Shown: positions 26,277 through 41,348, counted from the first letter of the stretch. The stretch is 64,000 nt of DNA from Camelus dromedarius (GCF_036321535.1 NC_087447.1:43464001-43528000); one strand, 5' to 3'. The notes: generated from the sequence alone by a model not told the origin. Numbers and translations: made by a program.

Positions 26277-27079
26277 ATTGATGTCCCAGCTGGTCCTCTT
26301 TCCCTGAGGACACTAGCACCTGCATTACAAATTTCCTCTCCATGTCTCTTTGTCATCAGCAAGAGCAACTTGTAACCACTTGAATATCTTAACTGACAAC
26401 CTAACATCAAATTTCCTCTACTTTCTTGGCTCCAGTACCTTCTATTCATTCATACTCTACTTTTGAAACCTTCTATCATACTCATATCCTAAATCTCACT
26501 CATTTTCATTTCTGTTCCATCACTTAAATGTCAATATGTAAAACTACGGTGTGAAAGCTTAACTAGCCAATGGCCACCAGAAATAAATGTGTGGTCCAAC
26601 AGCATCAAGTTTATTGGATCAGTGTAGTGAGGGAGGGCTCTCCAAAGAACCATCCCTTGTTTCCTAACAATGGAGAGAAGGCGTATGCCTTGAAAAGTTT
26701 GGATTCTTACTGAAGGATGCTGAGAAGGAGTTAGAGGTTGAGGGCCATTTCTAGACTGGTTGCTGTCTGTCTGTGAGTTTAGGAGTGGAGACTAATCTGA
26801 GGCTAAATGCTGTCATGAAATGATGGCATTTTAACAATTGAGTATCTCCTGTACTAGGTGGAAGAGCATTTCAGACTTGGTTACATTCTTGGTTATAAAG
26901 CAGTAGTCACTGAAAATGTAGATCATTATGACAGTTTTACAGCTGCTGAATAAACTTGGAAGAAGCAACATTTCCTACTAACTTTGTTGCTGGATTATTC
27001 TGTGTCTCTCCTCCCAGCCTGAAGAATGATAGGGATGTTTTCCTTTTTCAGTCTGAACAAATTACGTTTTTCTGGAAAA

Positions 27080-28360
27080 TGTTTACTTCTCATTATTTAC
27101 TATATTTGTTGATATAAAATTGTTCATAACATCTTTTTTTAACCATATCTGCAGAATGTGTAGTTATGCCCCTCTTTGCCTTATTTTGATAACTAATATT
27201 TTTGCCTTTTTCTTAACACTCCTATGGGTTTTTCAGTTTCATTAATCTTTTCAAAGAATGAAATTACAGACTTGAAAATTTTCTCTATGGGACATATTTT
27301 GTATCTTTGATTTATGTTTTCTTATACTTTTTTCTAATTTACTTGTTGTGCTTTTTTGAGCTTTTGAGATGGAGGATTATACTTTTGTTTTCAGCCTTTC
27401 TTTGAGGTTGGTTTCCAACCCTTTATCTTGAGTATGGGCCATATTTCTCTTTTTTATGTGTCAGCAATTTTGAACGATATCATGGATATTGTGAAAGATA
27501 TGTTGTAGAGAGTCTGGATTTTTTAATAGTCCTCACAAACATAGCCATTACATGGATGTACCAGTTTTTCTTTACCTAATCACTCAATAATGGACATTTG
27601 AGTATTTTCTAGTTTTAGGCCATTGTGAATAAAGCTTTTATAAATATCTCCATACAGATCTTTGTGTAGACATGGATTTTCATTTCTCTTGGACAAAATC
27701 CTAGGATTGTGATTGCAGGGTGTTATGGTTAGTGTATGTTTATAAGAAACTGCAAAAAAAATTTTTTTAAATAGCATTTTTGCATTCCTACCAGCATTTA
27801 GTTTAAGTTCTCTTTGCTTTGTTTCCTTTCCAGTGCTTGGTATTGTCGGTTAAAAAAAAGAAAAGAAAAGAAAAGCTATTCTAATATGTATGTAACATTG
27901 ACTCTTAATTTGCATCTCCCTAGTGACTGTGCTCAGCATCAATTTCAAGTGCCTGTTTGCTTTTTTCATCTGTTGATCATCACTTTGTTTTCATATCTTG
28001 ACTATTGTGGAATAATGCTGCAATAAATAGGGGAGTGAAGATAACCTATTCAGACTCGTTTTCACTTCCTTTGTATACATAGCCCAAAGTGGAATTGCTG
28101 AACATATGTATAGTTCTACTGTTAATTTTTTGAGGAAACTCCATACTGTTTTTATAATGTTTTTTAATACAGATTTACATTTCAGCCAACAGTGTACAAA
28201 GATTTCCTTCTCTCTGTATTCTTGCCAACATGTTCTCTCTTCTTGATAACCATTCTAACAGGTGTGAGGTAATATCTTTTTATGGTTTTGATTTGCATTT
28301 CCCCAGTGATTACTAATGAGTAGATTTTCATGTTCCTATTGGTCATTTGGATGTCTTTTA
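27080..28360 (-). mobile_element. Old L1M fragments; paralogues at about 40950-42050
   Basis: T-rich antisense L1 motifs such as tggacatttgagtattttctagtttt and gtgtgaggtaatatc...atttgcatttccc. Confidence 0.7.
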
Positions 28361-28379
28361 TTCTTTTTTCTTTTTTAAC

Positions 28380-30320
28380 TTTAGTTCTAATTTTATTTAT
28401 TTTTTATTGAAGTATAGTTGATTTACAATGTAAGTTTCAAATATGCAACACAGTGATTCAATATATTTAAAGAGTTTACTCCATTTAAGGTTACTCCAAA
28501 ATATTGGCTATATTCCCTGTGCTGTACAATATATCCTTGCAGCTTATTTATTTTATAAATAGTAGTTTGTGCCTCTTAATCCCCTACTGCTGTATTGCCC
28601 CTCTCCCCTCCAACTTCCCACTTGTCACCACTGGTTTGCTCTCTATATCTGTGAGTCTGTTACCTTTTTGTTATATTCACTACTTTGTTATATTTTTTAT
28701 ATTACACATATAAGTGATAATGTACAGTATTTATCTTTCCTTACATGACAAATTTTGATAAGCCTAATATCATCTAGGTCCATTCATGTTGCTGCAAATG
28801 GCAAAATTCCATTCTTTTTGTGGCTAGGTAATATTCCATTGTATATATATGTCCTCAGGGAAAATTCTTACTGGGTTCATCTATTTCTTTTTTTTTTTAA
28901 CATTTTTTATTGATTTATAATCATTTTACAATGTTGTGTCAAATTCCAGTGTTCGGCACAATTTTTCAGTCATACATGGACATATACATACTCTCATCTA
29001 TTTCTTTTCCCTAGTTCAGTTAGCATTCTTATTACTAATGCTTTGAACTTCTTTCTGATAAATTATTTATCTCTGTTTCATTATATGTTTTTTAGTGTGG
29101 TGGTTTTTTTTTTGTTTTTTTGTTTTTTTGCCTTGTTCTTTTGTTTGGTAGGGATTCCTCTGTCCTCTCATTTTACTTAATTTTCTCTGTCCATATGAAA
29201 TTTGTGAAACAGTTACCTATTCTCAAACTTGAAGTGGTGTCCCGGTGGGAGCATTCCTATGCAGTCTGTGTGTGCTCAGTGACTTTGGTGGAGACCTGGA
29301 TCTGAGGAGAGCAGAGTTGATGGCTTCTCCTGAGGTGAGCTGGCAGCCACCACGTTGGTAGGAATTAGGGCTGGAGACAGAGATGCTATAGCCAGACCCT
29401 AGTATGAGCCATAGCTTCTTCTGTGGCATGATGGCAGTTGGAGACAGAAGGGCTGGAGCTAGCTGCAGCTAGTCTTGAGGAATGCTGGCGATGACCTCAC
29501 CTTGAGGGTGAGTAGAGAGGCTGCAGCTGGAGCCTGGTGCAGGCTGGGTGTGGGGGGCATGTGCTGGGGCAGTCCTGCAGGCTATCCAGAGTTAGAGCAA
29601 GAGGCAGAGGTGAAGAGGGGGTTTTCCTATCCTCAGTGGCTGTCAGTGCCCTGTTGGGGGTGAGGTCAGTTCCCAAGGTGCTGGAGCAGAAGTCCTGAGA
29701 GTTGGATCTGAGCTGGTTCTGTTCCAGCTAAGTGTGTACTCTCCCAGGCTCCTAAAACATCACCTTCACCCCAGAGGGGAACAGTGCTAGAGTTAGAGAT
29801 TCTGGAGCACACACTCAGCCTGGTCCGCTATCTGGGGTGGTTACGGGAAAGCAGTCAAGTCCTAGGCAGTTTCAGTATGCTTCCTCTGCCTTGTTTCCAG
29901 GAGTAAGCAAGAGTGCATACTCTTCATGAGCAGATTCTAGGTTTTGTATAGCCCTCTTGCAAGTCCCACTGATTTTCAAACCAATTAAGTGGACTCATCT
30001 TCCCAGTGTTGGAAACCAGGGATGAGGTGCCCAACATGTGGCTCAAACAGCTCAGTCCTCAGGGAGGATGTCGAACCCCACATGACCCCCTCCTCTTCTT
30101 GCTCACTCCAAGGAGCATAGATCCCAAACTTACTGCTTCTCTTCCCTCCCAACTGACTCCATGTGGATCTTTCTTTACAGTCTTGACTGTATAAGAGTCT
30201 TTCTGCTAGTCTCCAGTTTGTTTTCAATGAGAATTGATGTACAGCTAGGTGCATTTTTGATGTGTTCATCAGGGGAAATGAGCTCAAGCACCTTCCTACT
30301 GTTCCATGTTGATCTCCTCC
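28380..30320 (-). mobile_element. Internally deleted L1: 5'UTR and ORF1 start joined to 3' end
   Basis: 30320-29175 resembles a laurasiatherian L1 5'UTR. Revcomp from about 29171 reads ATGAGAGGACAGAGG...GAAACAGAGATAAATAATTTA...ATAAGAATGCTAACTGAACTAGGG (decayed ORF1 N-terminus). It then jumps at about 28855 to the ORF2 end and 3'UTR. Confidence 0.7.
28892..28993 (-). mobile_element. About 100-bp young L1 3' tail with perfect 15-bp TSD
   Basis: TSD tcatctatttctttt at 28877-28891 and 28994-29008. Tail nearly identical to that of the element at 6328. Confidence 0.9.
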
Positions 30321-30475
30321 TGTTCACTCCCTAATTTGTATCTCTGACCCTGATTTCTTCTGTTTGCTAACAAATTTCTGCCTTTGACAGTAATAGGTAT
30401 CTTAAACTTAATGAAGCCAAAATGGAAATATTGATTCTTGCTCCCACACCACCCACAAAAAATTTCTTTTGCATG

Positions 30476-32405
30476 TTGTGAGAGATTAAAATTGTACATA
30501 ACTTCCTCTTTAATTTAGATTAGCTTTACGCATAGAATACAAGGGAAGTAATGATCTGAGAATGACAAATCTTGGTGACAAGAGGCTTTGCAGCCTTTGC
30601 CAAGTCTCCTGGAAGATCTCCTCGTGGAGCTTTGAGTTGCAGTATAAATTTGATCACCCCCATGAAATCCAAGTGGAGAAGCCCTGAGACAGCGTAGAGA
30701 GGGAGGGGGTACTAGCTAAAGCCAACCTTCAACCCTTCCCAATAAGGAAGCAGGCATGCGAGTGGAACCATCTATCCTCCAGACTAGGCCAGCCAGCCAG
30801 TGAACACTGAGCAATCCCGGTAATAACAGGAGAGGGAAAAGACTCACCCTGGAGTCTTCTCAAAGCCAAGTCTTGCTTGACTTCTTGAATCATGACATAC
30901 AATCAAATAGTTGTTGCTTTAAACACTAAGTTTTAGAGTAGTTCTGCACTGTAGAACACCACATCGGAATTTGACACCTGAAAGAGATTTTGCTGTAATA
31001 GAAGCCAAAATCATGTGGCACTGGCTTTCGGACTGGATGGTGGGTAGAAGCAGAAAGAGCCTTGGGGAGACTTTCAGCAGTGTTTGGAAGGTTCTTACAG
31101 AGATGGTGAGCACTTGAAGGATCACGAGAAAAATATTTTTAAGAGCTAAAGAAAAGAAGTCACTTGCCAGATAGTGGTGGAATGTTTGTCAATATTGTCA
31201 CCTGGGATAAAATATATAGGGTACCTAATATAATCTTGGATTTGCCTGGGAAGATTTCCAGGAAGAATGTAAAAAGTTCCATCTATTGTCCTTTAGCTGC
31301 CTATGCTGAAGTATAAGAAGAGATATGTGAAGTATAGAAGTATCTTTTTGATTCTTGAGAAAAATTTCGAAAAAAAATATAAAGGAGTCAGATTTTGCTG
31401 GGTTTGAAAATAAGGCTGTTTCTCATCCCCAGTACCTTCCAGATAAAGATTCTCAAGGTAAGAAATGGCTCCAGATCAGAGATAAATCCAGATTGGAGCT
31501 CTAGGTTTCTTTGTTAAAACCTCAGAAAGATAGAAAACCCCAGAAATATAGAAAACCCCAATGACACTTTCAGCTCTACTAGTCGTTCTAAGAATCTTAA
31601 TGGCATGTTTCATAGACCCTTTCTTTCTAAAATATAAAGCTTTAAAAATCTTTGGGTAATTTTCTTACAGCAAATTTACAAAGCCCCAGAGGAAGAATTA
31701 TCTGGAAGAGATGTATGGGAGTGGATTTTGTCTAATTGAATAGACTACAATTTGATACACATAAAGCCCATCAAGTTTTCTAAATACCTTTATTGAGATA
31801 TAGTTCACCTACCATACAGTTAACCCATTTAAAGTATATAATTCAATAGTTCATAGAATATTCATGGATATATACAACCATCACCACAGTCAATTTTAGA
31901 GCATTTCCATCACCTCATAAAGAAATACTACATCTTTTAGTATCACCCCACATGCCCTCTCTTCTTGAACCTGGAGGACTTTAGTGATTTGTTTTACTAA
32001 TAGAAATCAGTGAAAATAATGTTCTAGGTCTCCTGAGGCTGGGACATAGGAAACACAACAGCTCCCTTTTTAGTCTCTTGGGTACTTGTTACTGGAGTTC
32101 TGAACCACCATGTCAGAAATTTAGTTACTCTGCTGGTAATACCATATGGACAGACTTTACGACTCCGTGGAGAAGGAGAGACTTTCAAGTCATCCCTGCC
32201 AAGGTGCCAGGCATCTGACAGAAGCCACCTTGGACTCTCTAGACATGCCCAGATGCCACCTGATTATCACCAGATGACTGCTATTAATGCATAGGGAGCA
32301 AAAGAAATGTTGAGCCAAAGCCAACCAGAATTCTTGACTCAGAAAATAATGTAATATACTAAAATGGTTTTAAGTGACCTGTTATGCAGATGTAGAGGAC
32401 CTGAA
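30476..32405 (+). mobile_element. MaLR (MLT1-like): 5' LTR, partial internal region, L1M tail (about 31780-31950), second LTR (about 31960-32405)
   Basis: Paralogous to 13149-14615; the last segment repeats LTR-type motifs seen in the first LTR. Confidence 0.6.
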
Positions 32406-35400
32406 CATCCTTTTTCTTCAGCTAATAAATGGCATCCCATTCACATTCACCAGATAATCTAAGCCCAAAAATGTCTGAGGTCTCCTCAATTTATTTTCTT
32501 AGTTTTAACCTCCCACATTAATCCATCAGCAAGTCTTTTTTGGTCCTTTACATAAACTATATCTTGAATAGCTGAATTTCTAACTACGTTGCAGCCACCT
32601 TAGTCGAGTGCTCAGTCATCTCAGATCTTGACTCATTGGTTCCCTGCCTAAACACTTCCCTTTTATAATCCACTTTCCGTAGACAACCAGAGTGATCTTT
32701 AAATACATATTTACATTTGATTAGTACAATTAAAAACATTTAATGGATTCCCATTCCTTTTAGAATAAAATTCAAACATTTTTCCATGGCTGACGAAGCT
32801 CCTCATGATCTAACCCTTTCTATGTACCTTTCTCCTGGTTTACGATGGCCTCTTTATTTCTTGAGATTACCAGCACCTTTGCACTTAGCTGTTTTTGGTC
32901 TAGCAACTTTCCCCCCACTCTCCACATCAATGGATCTTTCTCATCTTTTAAGTTTCTACTCAGCTGTCACCTCCTCTCCAGTGGCCTTCCTTGTGATACT
33001 CTCTAAGGAAACACCACCCACACCGACATAGTTACCCTTTATGTGTCATGCCAACCCAAACGATTCATTTCTTGCAGCTAGTTATCATGTTCTATATTTA
33101 TAATGTTCACTTATTCTCTAGTGTCTCCCCTACTAAAACCTAAACTGTAAGAGAACTCTGTTCTACTTATCAACATATGTTCAGTGCTGCTCAGTTCCTA
33201 GAACATAATAAAGGCTTAATAAACATTTTTGAAATCAATGGATGATTGTCCCATATCTTCTGGTAAAATGACTTCAAGGCTTTGATCAGATATTCCTCAT
33301 AGACTTAGAGGTCACAATGGCAGGAAATTATCAATGTTTGAAGCCCCCTCCCATACTTTCTCCCTGAATTACTCATAAACATGCCAAGAGGTATATATAA
33401 ATCTTAACAGATTTGGAAATTACTGTTTGTCACTGATCTTTGTCTTGCATTAATTCCCAATTACAAAGCTTAAATGATAGCTGAGGTAAAATACGGAAGA
33501 CCTATGAGCATTCTGATCTCTGAGATAATGGGTCCAAACTTTCCAGAGGGAAGCTAGCTTTTGTATTTAGGGTTTAGAGTTCACATAACTAAACTCCAAG
33601 AAGTCATGGGAGTCAGGATGCACCTGGAATTTTCATAGGACAATTAGAAATACTGTTTATAAATTATCCAATATTACATTAACACCTCAAAAGAGGCTTG
33701 ATCAAAGCAAATGATACTGTCTCTTAGCTCAGTTATACCAGATGCCTGAAATAGTGAAGCCATATATTCCTGAGACCATGCCCGCTTTTAGAACTTGACA
33801 AGATCAAAAGGAAGCAAGCAAACATGAATAGCCTCACCCTCGGGATGTTTTCTTATGCTATGATGGTGGACTGAATAATGATTAATGACCAGTTGGATTT
33901 CTAATAATGTGCCAGTATCTTTGGACTTTTATGATCATTTTACTGTGAAAGGTCCAGAGCCACATACCAGGGGGTGGACTGTGACATAACAGAAGTAAAT
34001 CTTTGACTTCTGTTCCCAGTTCCTTGCCCAGGGCTCCTAAATACCTTAGAATTTCCTGGGAGATAAGAGTGTCTTTTGTTCTAATGAGCCAACTCTTGGT
34101 GGGATCCTGAATAGCTTCTGGATGGGGGCTAGTCACCAGAAAGACCAACTATGATTAGAAGCTTGGAACTTTATGCCGACCTCCTATTCTACAGGGAGGA
34201 TGGAGGACTGGAGATTGAGCACATAGCCTCCTTCGGATTGATCACAATCTTAAACTATGGGGTTAAGAGCTTCTGGGTTGTTGAACAGATCCATGTGTCG
34301 GGAGAGTGGTGCACTCCAACTTCATGGTGATAGAAGTCCCTGTCCTGGGGCCCCTCCAGACCTAGTGCTATGTATCTCTGCATCTGGCTGTTAATTTGTA
34401 TCCTGTGTAATGTCTTTTATGATAAACTGGTGAATCTAAGTAAATATTTCCATGAGTTTTGTGAGCCATTACAGCAAATTATCAAATGTAGGATAGGATT
34501 TTGGGAAACCCCTGACTATGCAGCCAAGTTGGATAGAAGTGTGGGTACCCTGGAGACCCATTACTTGCAATTGGTGTCTGAAGGGAGGGCAGTCTTTTGG
34601 AACTGAGCCCTTAAACCTGTGAAGTCTGACACGATCTCGAGGTAGGGTCACAAGTGAATTAAAAAATAGGGTATCAAATTGGTGTCTAGATATTTAGAAC
34701 ATATTGGTATTCCAGTTGGTTAGGATGGGGGAAAAATACCACGAATTTGGTATTAGAAGTGTTGTGAATAGAGAAAGTTTTCCTTTACCCAGTATGTAAT
34801 CATTTCAGTGTTTTCATTTATCCTTGTTGCCATTAGGCTTTATTATGTTTCCATTAAAGTTTGCCGTAATATTATAGATACTCTACATTTTTACTTAGTA
34901 GAATATTATAAATATATTTCATTTTTTATTTTTTTATGTGTACCAATCCTCACTTCTTTTACCTCATTACACTAAGCAGAAGACTTTTACGATCTAAGTC
35001 TTGAATTCAGATGTTCTAAAGACAGTTGTCTACGTTTTTCTGTTGAATTAGGAGTTCCTGAACTCCAGAAAATCAAATCACTCCTCATTCTTTCCAGTCT
35101 CTTGTTGATGATGTAAATGAGAGTAGATTATCACTCAAGAAATACATTTAGTATACTCTTTGACAACATTTCTAGTTTTAAAAAAATGGGTATTATTTTC
35201 TTTATAAATCTAGATTATAGAATTATGAATTTTGTTAACACATTAATTGCAATGCTTAGAATGAAAAGATACCCTTTTAAATTCCTACCAAGAAGAAAAA
35301 CTACATTATGCCAAATGGGAGTGTATGTTAACATGTGTTGAAATATAGATAAGATAGACTTCCCATCAAATCATGTGAATTATGGTGTCCAGACCTTATT

Positions 35401-36245
35401 TTCTGTGAATAGGAATCCAGTTTTCCCATTCTCATCCTTGTTTTGCAGTCTTCACAACCTAGATCTTCTTGAGACAGAGTTTGCTCAAAAGACTGATTAA
35501 AAAAAAAAAAAAAGCTGAGGCTTGCTTACCCTACCCAGATTCTCTAGATCAGTAACACTGCTGAAGTCATTGGACTGATTGTGGTGCTATAGCATAGATC
35601 ACGTGTATTGAACTAGAGGACTTGATTCCATTCAAATTAGAACTGAGTCGACATCCCTCGAGACAAACGAACTATTACCTTTCTCTAAGACTCAGCAGTC
35701 TTGACTGTAAGTTTAGGTATATTTATAATACCAGCATCATAGGGTTGCTGTGAAAATTAAGTGGAGAAGAATAGTAGTTTGGGATGTAGACTTTCTGGAT
35801 TCAAACACTGGTCCCACAACTTCCTAGCTGCATGATTTTGGGCAACCTACTTAATGTTGCTGTTATCTCAGGTTATTTACTTGTAAAGAAATAATAGTGC
35901 TTCTTGGTTGGATTTTTGTGAGGAATAGATTTTTTGTGAGAAATATACCAGCTAATAAACTAAGGTGCTTAGCATAGGACCTGACGCATAATAAGTACAA
36001 ATTATTGCTTGCTAAATAAATTAAAGAAAAAGTCCTAGCACCCTAGAGGTGTTAATACATAATAGTGAAAATTACTACTATCATTATTGCTGATTTCATG
36101 GTGTCTCCTAAAGTTTACAAATGTATAAAAGTGAGAGAAGTATGGTTTTAATTTGATCAATCAGTCAAGCAACATTTGGTAGGTCCTAAGTGTGATACTG
36201 CTAAACAAACACTTCATAGGTCACCTGAAATGCTAAGAATGGATC

Positions 36246-37178
36246 CTAAGAATATATTCTGCCAGTTGCCTTTCTCAGGGCTTCCTTTACCTCTCTGTTC
36301 CTCAGACTGTAGATGAGGGGGTTCAACATGGGGATCACCACTGTATAGAAGATGGACACCACTCTGTTCTGGTCAGTTGAGTAGCTGGACTTGGGCATCA
36401 CGTAAATGAAGGTGATAGTTCCATAGTAGAGAGTAATGGCGGTGAGGTGAGAGGTGCAGGTGGAGAAGGCCTTGTGTCGCCCTTCAGTGGAGCGCATCTT
36501 CAGGACGGTGATGAGGATGCAGGTGTAAGAGAGAGCTATGACAAACACTGTGACCACGATGATGGATCCTGAAGAGATGGAAGGGATAATTTCAACAGTG
36601 GAGGTATCTGAGCAGGAAAGTTTCAACAAAGGGGAGAAATCACAGAAAAAGTCGTCTATCTGATTTGGCCCACAGAAAGACAGACTCAGTAAACAACTAG
36701 TAAATGTCCAAGCATTCACACCCCCGCCCAGATAGGAAGCCCCCACCAAGAGGACACAGACTCTGGGGGACATGTGGGTGGAGTAGAGCAGGGGCAAGCA
36801 GATGGCCACATAGCGGTCATAGGCCATGGCAGCCAGCAGGAAGCACTCGGCTGTCCCAAACATGACCACGGAACAGAGCTGGGCTTCACAGCCAGTGACA
36901 GGGATGGCCAGTCCATGTGTAAGGAGTCCTGTAAGCATCATAGGTGTGACTGATGTGGAGCACCCACTGTCCACAAAAGCCAAATGGCTGAGGAAGAGGT
37001 ACATTGGGGTGTGAAGCTGGGAACAGCTTCTTGTTAAGGTGATTATGCTGATATTGCCTATTAAGGTGACAATGTAGATTCCTAGAAATATCACAAAGAA
37101 GATGACACGAAGTGTAGGATCCCCTGTTAATCCCCAAAGGGTGAACTCTGTGACACCGGTGTGGTTTCCAACCTCCAT
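36246..37178 (-). CDS. Olfactory receptor, family 5 subfamily P (OR5P3-like), intact, copy 2, 310 aa
   Basis: Translation identical to 20096-21028 except V248I. Confidence 0.95.
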   Translation of the reverse strand: MEVGNHTGVTEFTLWGLTGDPTLRVIFFVIFLGIYIVTLIGNISIITLTRSCSQLHTPMYLFLSHLAFVDSGCSTSVTPMMLTGLLTHGLAIPVTGCEAQLCSVVMFGTAECFLLAAMAYDRYVAICLPLLYSTHMSPRVCVLLVGASYLGGGVNAWTFTSCLLSLSFCGPNQIDDFFCDFSPLLKLSCSDTSTVEIIPSISSGSIIVVTVFVIALSYTCILITVLKMRSTEGRHKAFSTCTSHLTAITLYYGTITFIYVMPKSSYSTDQNRVVSIFYTVVIPMLNPLIYSLRNREVKEALRKATGRIYS

Positions 37179-40100
37179 CTCTTCTGGAAACTATTCCTGT
37201 TGAGGGAAATGTGAATATTCATTTTTGTGTGTTTTCATTCTACACATTCCTGTGTTTCTTTGGCTATTTTTTACACTTATTCACAGTAATTTTTCCCTCT
37301 GTCTAGCCTGTAAATATGGTTCTTTTTAGTTTTTTTCCCCTCTTTCTTCTTTGCATTAAAGAAGGTTGATTAACTCTCTCTGGGATCTCAGTTACATTAT
37401 TTTATGTATCTAATATTTGTTTTAAAATGCCTCTCCACCTTGACTCCTGCACAGATCTCTCTCCCAAAGTCCAGATTTATAGTTTCAGTTATTTCTTGGA
37501 AGTCCTCAGTTGGAAATCTCACAAATACCTCAAACTCAGCCTTCTCAGACCAAACTCATCCTTTCCTTGGACCACGCCTCCTATGTTTTGTATTTGTAGA
37601 ATGACACCACAATCCACTCAGTCTCTCATATCTGAAACATGGGAGTGGTCCTAGCCTTCTTCCTCTCATTGTAACACATCTAATAAAATCCCACTGATTC
37701 TGTCAACAGTTTACCTCCCAATTTTATTTCTTCATCTGACTCCATACCTGGTATCCCTACTTTAGTTAAGGTCCTGATCACTTTTCCTCTTTATACCATT
37801 TGTTTCTCTTCTAGCCTTTATTCTTATGTCCTTAAAACTTACAGTACATCTATCAAGGTGACATCTTGCTGAAGTAGAGAGCAAATGATACCAAAAGGGT
37901 TCTTTTAAGTCTTTCATGCCTCTTTTAAGTCTCTCAAGCCTCCAGGATGAAGCCTAACCTCTTTAGCACAGCACAGTGCACACTTTCTGATGTATCCCCT
38001 GTGTGTGACTCTTTGCTTGTTTCTTAGAATATTTCCATCCATCACTTGCACTGATCCAACCTTCCTGATCTATTTAGAGTCCTCTCAATGCACTCTATTC
38101 TTTGTGGCCTTTGCTCCTTTTTTCCTCCCACTTGGGTGGCACCCATCCTCTCATTACTCTGGGTGATTTCTACTCATCATTCAGGTTCATTTCTCTCCAC
38201 AGTCTTCTCTGACTTCTAAGGTTTAATCAGACACTTTCTTTTTTGTTGACATCATGATTTCCGATGGTGCTACTTGGTTCTTAGACAGAATAAATTATGA
38301 GGTAGAATGAACCAATAGCTGAGAACCTACAGGTCATTAAAGAGTGTGTTCTATCGCTTCTTTGATTAAGCTTCATTAAGTTCATTGACTGCCATGGGTA
38401 TTATCATGGGCTCTTTCATGAAGAAATCTGTTTTAATAATATCAATTGATCCCTCATGGAATAATGGCATAAATCATCTCCTTTCTACATCAAAACTTTG
38501 AAATAGTTAAATACAGCTACCACGCCTCCACTGCCTTCTCTTCTCCAATATTGTGTCCATAGTTCCCTTGGCAATTCGGCCGGTGGCATAATTTTCAGAT
38601 CCCTCGCAGTTCTCCTTGTCAGCCTCTGAACATACTCCGATCTGAAGAATGAGGCCAAACACTGAGCAGCATTGGTACTCTGTACCTTCTGACTCAAGCA
38701 GAGCTCAGTGGGACCAACCCTACCTTCGCTGTGCTCACTATGTGAGCTTCAGTCTTTGCTGACAGCAGTCATTGAGACTGGAGACAGAAAACTCAGAGCT
38801 CGGGCCTCCCACTGGCCAGCTGTTACAGCTTGCGAGTGATATTTAGTATCTCGGACTCCCAGTTTTTTCATTTGTAAAATGGGAATAATTGTCCCTATAA
38901 TGCAGTTTTGTTGTGAGACTAAAAGAAATGATATCTGCAAAGTACTTGAAGGTGTTTGATCACACATCAGAGCTAAGTAACTATTTTTCATTAATTAAAA
39001 TTGAAGTATTGGTAGGTTATCAATTGTTTATTTTTTCGATGAGAAGCATAATGGTTCAAAACTGATTCTTGCCCTTCCCTTCCTCTCCACTGGCTACCTA
39101 GGGATCTACCTAGAGCTCTTCATTTTGGTGTCCCATTCACATTTCCCCACCTGGCTCGGATTCTGAAGATCAGTTTTTCTTTCCTTCAATGCATGGTTCA
39201 TTTTGATGATGAATAGAGGGCATAATGCTATGTGCCTTATTCAATCTGAATATCAGATGGTTTCTTCCTGATTTATTTTTCATAGTTTCAGTTACACAAA
39301 CTTAGCAGTTGCTTTAGCTGCTACAGACCATCCTTACTGCTGTGGGACCTCTCGGACAACCTGATTTGAGTGTCCAGAATGACCATTCTGCGGTGCAAAT
39401 CTTGCTGAGGTCACAATTTCTGCAGGGGTTAAAAACTAAAGTTGATGAAAGAGTTTTTCTCATTTTTGCTTTCTCATTGAACCAATAAAAATTTAAATTA
39501 TTTAAACAAAATCCATGAATATTGCACTTACCTTTCAGAGCCAGAATTGTTGATGCTAAATTCTAAAGAGAACTTTATAAAGCAGATGAGTTCCACCTAC
39601 TTTTACAGTAGTTTTGCACAGAATACCTGACAATGTAAACCACTGATTGCTCCCCTTGGTCAAGGAACGTATTACATACATTCTGTGAGGATTAGGGTGG
39701 ATGTCTTTGTATGTGTGGTGGGAGGAAAACAAAGGCTTTAATAGAGTATGACAAATCCCCTAGGATTGTTCTTGCTTCTGCTGTGTAAAAGTTTCCTGGG
39801 TTTGTTCTACAGAAATGACTTTTGGAGCCAAGTGCCTCATTAAGGTGGCAAAAATAGAAGGTCCGGTTGCTTACAAAAAGTGTATTTCCAAGGACCTTGT
39901 GGAAGACTTGTCCAGCAACTGGGACAAAGAACTATTGGAATAGAAGATTGGCTAGAAATGGGGATTGGAGTCAGTGCCACAGGATTCTAATTCCATTTCT
40001 ATAAACAAAGCAGTCCTTTAATAGAGGATATTATGTAGTGGAGGGAAATGCATGAAGCAATATTAATAGGTAAGCATAAACTAAGCGTAGTCCACTGTTA

Positions 40101-41348
40101 AAGTGCAGTCTATTGACTGGCACCTCCTATCCGCCCCATTGATCTCCCTGTTGCTCCTTATTCCTTGAGGATTTTAGCACCTACATCACAATTTTTTCTC
40201 CTCATTTCTACCTTTGTCAGCAGCAAGGCCAACTTCTTCTAACCATTAGAATATATCAGCTGACACCCTAACATCAAATTTCCTCTCCTTTATTGACTCC
40301 AATGACTTTTCCATCTATAATCTACTCAGGAAACTATCATATTCATACCTTAAATCTCATTAATTTTCAGCTCTGTTCCACCACTAAAATATAAATATGT
40401 AAAACTATGGTGTTAAAGCCTGTTCAGTCATAGACCACCAGAAGCAAACCTATAGTCCAACAAGATCAAGTTTATTGGGTCAATATAGTGTGGGAGCGCT
40501 CTCCAAAGAACCATCAAATGTCTCTCAACAATGGAGAGAAGGTACACGCCTTTTAAAAGGCTTGGATTCTTATTGAAGGATATTAAGGGGGAATTAGGAG
40601 TTGTGGAGTTCAGTTCTAGGCTGGTTGCTGTTTCTGAGGTGAGCTTAGGAGAGAAGACTTGACACTGTCATGAAATGATGGCAATTTAGTAATTGGGTAC
40701 TTCCAGTAAAAGGTAAGAAAGCTTTTCAGACTTGGGTGCATTGTTGGTTAGAAAGCAATAATCACTGAAAAATTAGATCATTATGATAGTTTTACAGCTG
40801 CTGCATAAACTTGGAAGAAACATTTTCTACTAATTTTGTTGCTAGATTATTCTGTGTCTGTCCTCCCAGCCTGAAGGATGACAACGATGTTCTTTTTCAT
40901 TACCAACAAGATTTGTTTTTCTGGAAAATATTCAGTTCTTATTTATTAAGTTTATTGACTTAAAATTGTTCATAATATCTATCTTTAACCATTTTAATAT
41001 CTGCGGAATGTGTAGTTATGCCCTCCTTTGAGTGTCTTATTTGGATAATTTATATTTTTGCCGTTCTCTTGATTAACACTCCAGTGGGATTTTTGATTTT
41101 ATTAATCTTTTCAAAGAATAAAATTAGATATTTCTCTATTTCCTCTATGGGTCATATTTTCTATCTCTTTGATTGTGTTCTTTCATTTCTTATACTTAAA
41201 AAAATTATTTGTTGTTCCCTTTCAAGCTTCCTCAGATGGAAGCTTATACTTTAGTTTTCAGCCTTGAGGTTGGTTTCTAACTCTTTATCTTGAGTATGGT
41301 CCATGTATCACCCCCCAAACTTTATTTTTTTAATGTGCTGGTAATTTT

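Larger units (their letters stand above)
13143..27960 (+). repeat. Tandem duplication unit 1 (contains OR5P copy 1)
   Basis: Colinear direct homology with 30472-42050: MaLR, L2, MER21-like, OR exon, upstream unique DNA, LTR-like, L1M. Contains about 1.85 kb (22090-23940) absent from unit 2. Confidence 0.88.
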
